Virus record (IMG/VR): IMGVR_UViG_3300020030_000300
Span: 1 to 6,588 of that record
DNA length: 6,588 nt
Direction: 5' to 3' (one strand)
From: a virus
The notes beneath the pieces were generated by a model. That model did no database searches. It was not told the origin of the DNA and saw nothing but the letters and a program-made list of their open reading frames with translations. The position numbers were made by a program, and so were the translations under genes. Of the stretch, positions 3,702-6,588 are shown piece by piece. Within the stretch, counting starts at the first letter, position 1; each line of letters begins with the position of its first letter.

Positions 3702-5489
3702 TTAATACGGTAAACCATCGCGTGAAAGGTTACGAGCTACCTTAATATTAAACTGAGCATTACACAATAACTGGTCTGTATCCACCTTTTCATCAGCCTG
3801 AACGTCAAAAATCGGGTCTAATTGAGAGGGACGAACCTTAAATGACAGGTAATTAAATGCACCTTGGCCACGTTGAGCGGTTAAGATATTCATCCAATTA
3901 ATTGGGGCGACCCAATTCTTAAGAGTTGTCTGAAATGCGCCCGAAATACGGTCAATTCGCGTCTTAAAATCAGGATAGCGCAATGAATAGCCAACAAAAT
4001 AGTCGGACAAATCATTTTCGCCAAGAGCGACAGCAGATGCCGTAAGAGCCGTTAGAGGGACACTTTCTAAACCAAGAGAATCAAATGCAGGTTGCGGGAA
4101 GTCAGAAACAGCAATACGCTGTAATTGAGGGTCTGCACCATCAATGTTATAATCTACCAATGGCACAGCATGGTATATACACATAATGATACAATGTTCA
4201 GCACCTACAGTGTAACGAATTTTTCTAGAACGTCCTGAGCCAACGCCTTTACCTGCAATATTTGCTTGAGAGCCCTCAGTGTCAAGATTTGTATTTACAA
4301 CCTCAGAGATATCTATATTTCCATCGAAACCGCCAATATAATGAGCATGATTACCCATTGAATCATCACCACGGATGCCAAATTGGGCTTTCATTTGGTC
4401 GTTATAATCCTTAGATGAGAATTGTACTACTTCTTTCCAGCGTTGAAGATACTCAGCAGCACGTACAGCAAGAAATGAGATATTACTCTGCAATGATGGG
4501 TTCATTGCATATATAAAGGCATTTTGCGAAACCTGATTATCCACAGTTTCATTATTATGGAAATTCAACTTAGGGTCAAGTAGATTTCCCTGAGGTGAAA
4601 TCGTATCAGAAGATTGTGAATATAATTGAATAGAATTATAAGAGTTTGGGAATGTTTTACTAGTTTGGTATATAGGGTATTTTGTATCATCAGAATACTG
4701 TATCGAAGCAACATCTCCATACTGAGAACTTGGAAGAACACCCATGAAATAATCTTTATTATAGTTCGCATAACGAAGCTTAATCATTTCCTTGTCCAAA
4801 TTAGTATCAAACGCCTGAACTTGCAACATATAATCAGTATTATAAGCATAAGCAAGGTGACGTTCCCATTGAGAATTTGAATAGAAATCAAAATAGATTT
4901 TCTGATAAGCACACAAAGGGAGAACTGAAAGAAATTGGTCAGTTTTTCGAGACTTAAACGCAGTCGGATTTGTAGTAAACCATGAAGTCATACTAGATTC
5001 AGATACATTAGAATCAATGGCACCATAATTCAAGTAATTCAAAAGTTTCTGAGAAGTAGCACGAATAGGGAAACCCGCATCGTCCAAATCAGTGGACTTC
5101 AAATAGTTCGTAAATGTATCCTCTAGAATATCCTGAGAAACATTCGGAACGTCTTCCATTAAATAGGAATTCTGTGATTTATTAATAGCAGAAACAGCAT
5201 AATCTTTCATCTGCGCAAACGCAGTAGGTAGATTACGATTAAGCAGACGCAAGGGTACAGCATAGAAATCATAATACTCACGGATACGAGTGTAAGCAGA
5301 AGTGTTAACAGGACGGGTACGAGTAAACCAATCTTCGGAAATTTCGAAGACGTCATCCGGCATTCCATACTGCCACATCACAGGCAAAAGTTCACCGACC
5401 TTGGCGGTAAACATCTTTTTTTCGGACATGTCGAAACCTGAACGATGAATTGGAATCGACTTCCGGACGAGAGGATTAAAATCTGACAT
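3702..5489 (-). CDS. Major capsid protein VP1 (Microviridae F/VP1 family). It is 595 aa from the ATG at 5489; the maximal ORF starts at 5531 (609 aa).
   Basis: MSDFNPLVRKSIPIHRSGFDMSEKKMFTAKVGELLPVMWQYGMPDDVFEISEDWFTRTRPV...YYDFYAVPLRLL carries the conserved N-terminal capsid pattern (H-R-S-x-F-D-[LM]-S ... G-x-L-x-P ... P-x-D-x-F ... [FY]-x-V-P-x-R-L). The size is typical of Alpavirinae-like VP1 proteins with large insertion loops. I prefer the start at 5489 because homologous N-termini begin about there and it avoids a 32-nt overlap with the VP4 3' end. Confidence 0.93.
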   Translation of the reverse strand: MSDFNPLVRKSIPIHRSGFDMSEKKMFTAKVGELLPVMWQYGMPDDVFEISEDWFTRTRPVNTSAYTRIREYYDFYAVPLRLLNRNLPTAFAQMKDYAVSAINKSQNSYLMEDVPNVSQDILEDTFTNYLKSTDLDDAGFPIRATSQKLLNYLNYGAIDSNVSESSMTSWFTTNPTAFKSRKTDQFLSVLPLCAYQKIYFDFYSNSQWERHLAYAYNTDYMLQVQAFDTNLDKEMIKLRYANYNKDYFMGVLPSSQYGDVASIQYSDDTKYPIYQTSKTFPNSYNSIQLYSQSSDTISPQGNLLDPKLNFHNNETVDNQVSQNAFIYAMNPSLQSNISFLAVRAAEYLQRWKEVVQFSSKDYNDQMKAQFGIRGDDSMGNHAHYIGGFDGNIDISEVVNTNLDTEGSQANIAGKGVGSGRSRKIRYTVGAEHCIIMCIYHAVPLVDYNIDGADPQLQRIAVSDFPQPAFDSLGLESVPLTALTASAVALGENDLSDYFVGYSLRYPDFKTRIDRISGAFQTTLKNWVAPINWMNILTAQRGQGAFNYLSFKVRPSQLDPIFDVQADEKVDTDQLLCNAQFNIKVARNLSRDGLPY

Positions 5490-5499
5490 AGAAATAAAT

Positions 5500-6588
5500 T
5501 TATATGTTAATAAATGCGCCGTTGGCATCATTTAATCGCTTGTGTTTTACAAGCCGACGAGCTTTCACGGCATTATTATTCTTTAATAATCTTTCCAAAT
5601 AGGCATCTTTATAAATGTCTTGCAAATTCAAACCGATATCTTTCGGTAAGAATAAGCTATAATGATTATAGTCTGCATATTCATCCGAAACGGATTCGGC
5701 AAGGGAATATTTTTCTTGAAGAAGTCGCAGCTCACGGGTATCAAGAGCAGCGAAACAACGAGTGTATATTTTCTTTATCTCATGGAATGAGGGGTTATCG
5801 GGTAATTTCCAAAACCGTAGGAATTTGGATACGGTAAGGAATAGCCGATATATACAGCCTAGAGCAATCTCAGGGTTCAAGATTCTACCACCGACATGGA
5901 AACCATTCGGAGAAATCATACGACATTGATTTAGAATAGCATAGTCTTCGTAAATTAAACTATTTTTTGAAGCTATACATTCTAGATATGCACGAGAAAT
6001 CGCAAGAACGGAAACACCTATTTGTTCGGGTTTTCTCTTCTTGGGGAAGAGTTTAAGCCGTTGGCACGCTGTTGCCACAGCTCGAACAAGGAAAGATATT
6101 TCATTAACATCAGTTCTTCGAAGTCCATTGAATTGGGGACATACGGTATTGAGATACGAGCGGGAGGCATTAACGCTAATATGTTTAGAGTTGACGATAA
6201 GGCTTCGTCCATCACAGAGGTAAGAGGCAACCCGCGCAATCTCTTCGTCTGAAGACGAAGCAGGTTCCTGTGCTTCCATATCGAAACGCAACGAAGCGCG
6301 GCTTTTGGGTCGCATAATTTTCGACTGGCGATAAAAGACGGGAAGCATACTATTGGCACTAATATATGACGCAACGTACGATGAAGCGCCTCCTGTGGCA
6401 AGTTGTATATCTGAACGACCGAAAGTCCAACTCTTAGCGTGAGCCTGTCTAACTGTTTCGGAGAATTCTTGCGTGTTTCCGAATAATAGGAGATGGAAAT
6501 GCGGGCGGAAATGGACAGGTCCGTATTCACCCGCAGCGTAGAAATGTATCTTTTCATTGCAACCGAGTCTATTTAAGTTTATACGTAA
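5500..6588 (-). CDS. Replication initiator VP4, 3' part. Bases 6468-6588 duplicate 1-121, and the full gene is 1,665 nt (554 aa plus stop).
   Basis: The frame matches 1-697 once base 1 is joined to 6467 (697 + 968 = 1665, divisible by 3). The listed 282-aa ORF (5500-6348) is only the C-terminal part. The frame stays open upstream to 6588: ...QEFSETVRQAHAKSWTFGRSDIQLATGGASSYVASYISANSMLPVFY... SYVASY contains a Y-x3-Y pair like the catalytic tyrosines of RCR motif III in phiX174 protein A. The stop TAA is at 5502-5500. Confidence 0.9.
   Translation of the reverse strand, partial: LRINLNRLGCNEKIHFYAAGEYGPVHFRPHFHLLLFGNTQEFSETVRQAHAKSWTFGRSDIQLATGGASSYVASYISANSMLPVFYRQSKIMRPKSRASLRFDMEAQEPASSSDEEIARVASYLCDGRSLIVNSKHISVNASRSYLNTVCPQFNGLRRTDVNEISFLVRAVATACQRLKLFPKKRKPEQIGVSVLAISRAYLECIASKNSLIYEDYAILNQCRMISPNGFHVGGRILNPEIALGCIYRLFLTVSKFLRFWKLPDNPSFHEIKKIYTRCFAALDTRELRLLQEKYSLAESVSDEYADYNHYSLFLPKDIGLNLQDIYKDAYLERLLKNNNAVKARRLVKHKRLNDANGAFINI
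6468..6588. repeat. Terminal direct repeat, copy 2 (duplicate of 1-121)
   Basis: Identical 121-mer to 1-121, so this is redundant sequence rather than additional genome. Confidence 0.95.

Noticed and set aside
4565-4880. ORFs 4565-4771 (-) and 4626-4880 (+) inside VP1
   Set aside because: They are off-frame or antisense within the capsid gene. The products are I/L/F-rich and low-complexity, with no support.
5514-6252. Plus-strand ORFs 5514-5837, 6022-6252 and 6041-6223
   Set aside because: They are antisense to the VP4 C-terminal region and lack a promoter, motif or plausible composition.

Overview
The window is a complete, circularly permuted ssDNA phage genome of the family Microviridae. 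The unit length is 6,467 nt, and a 121-nt terminal redundancy (1-121 is identical to 6468-6588) marks the circular join. The large capsid and Rep proteins, the lack of Shine-Dalgarno sites and a Bacteroidetes-type promoter suggest an Alpavirinae-like phage of a Bacteroidota host, but that placement is inferred without a database search. The minus strand carries one tightly packed co-directional block. In order it holds a 31-aa single-pass membrane ORF (1019-1114), a compact M15-type zinc peptidoglycan peptidase (708-1016), the replication initiator VP4, the major capsid protein VP1 (3702-5489/5531), a VP3-like acidic protein (3214-3690) and the VP2 pilot/minor capsid protein (2093-3214). VP4 is 554 aa, is split across the window ends (697..1 joined to 6467..5500) and is therefore missing from the ORF track. 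Only two non-coding gaps exceed about 11 nt, at 1115-1565 and 2038-2092. They bracket a cassette of two small ORFs on the opposite (plus) strand (1566-1841 and 1834-2037), which has its own exact-consensus Bacteroidetes promoter and a downstream hairpin. The 450-nt gap is highly structured, with three stem-loops, a pyrimidine/purine-asymmetric tract and a 31-bp imperfect tandem repeat. The points most worth follow-up are the opposite-strand cassette, the peptidase plus mini-membrane-protein candidate lysis module, and the related hairpins flanking the cassette. No RNA genes, CRISPR arrays, integrase or transposase were seen. All calls rest on hand translation and motif recognition only.
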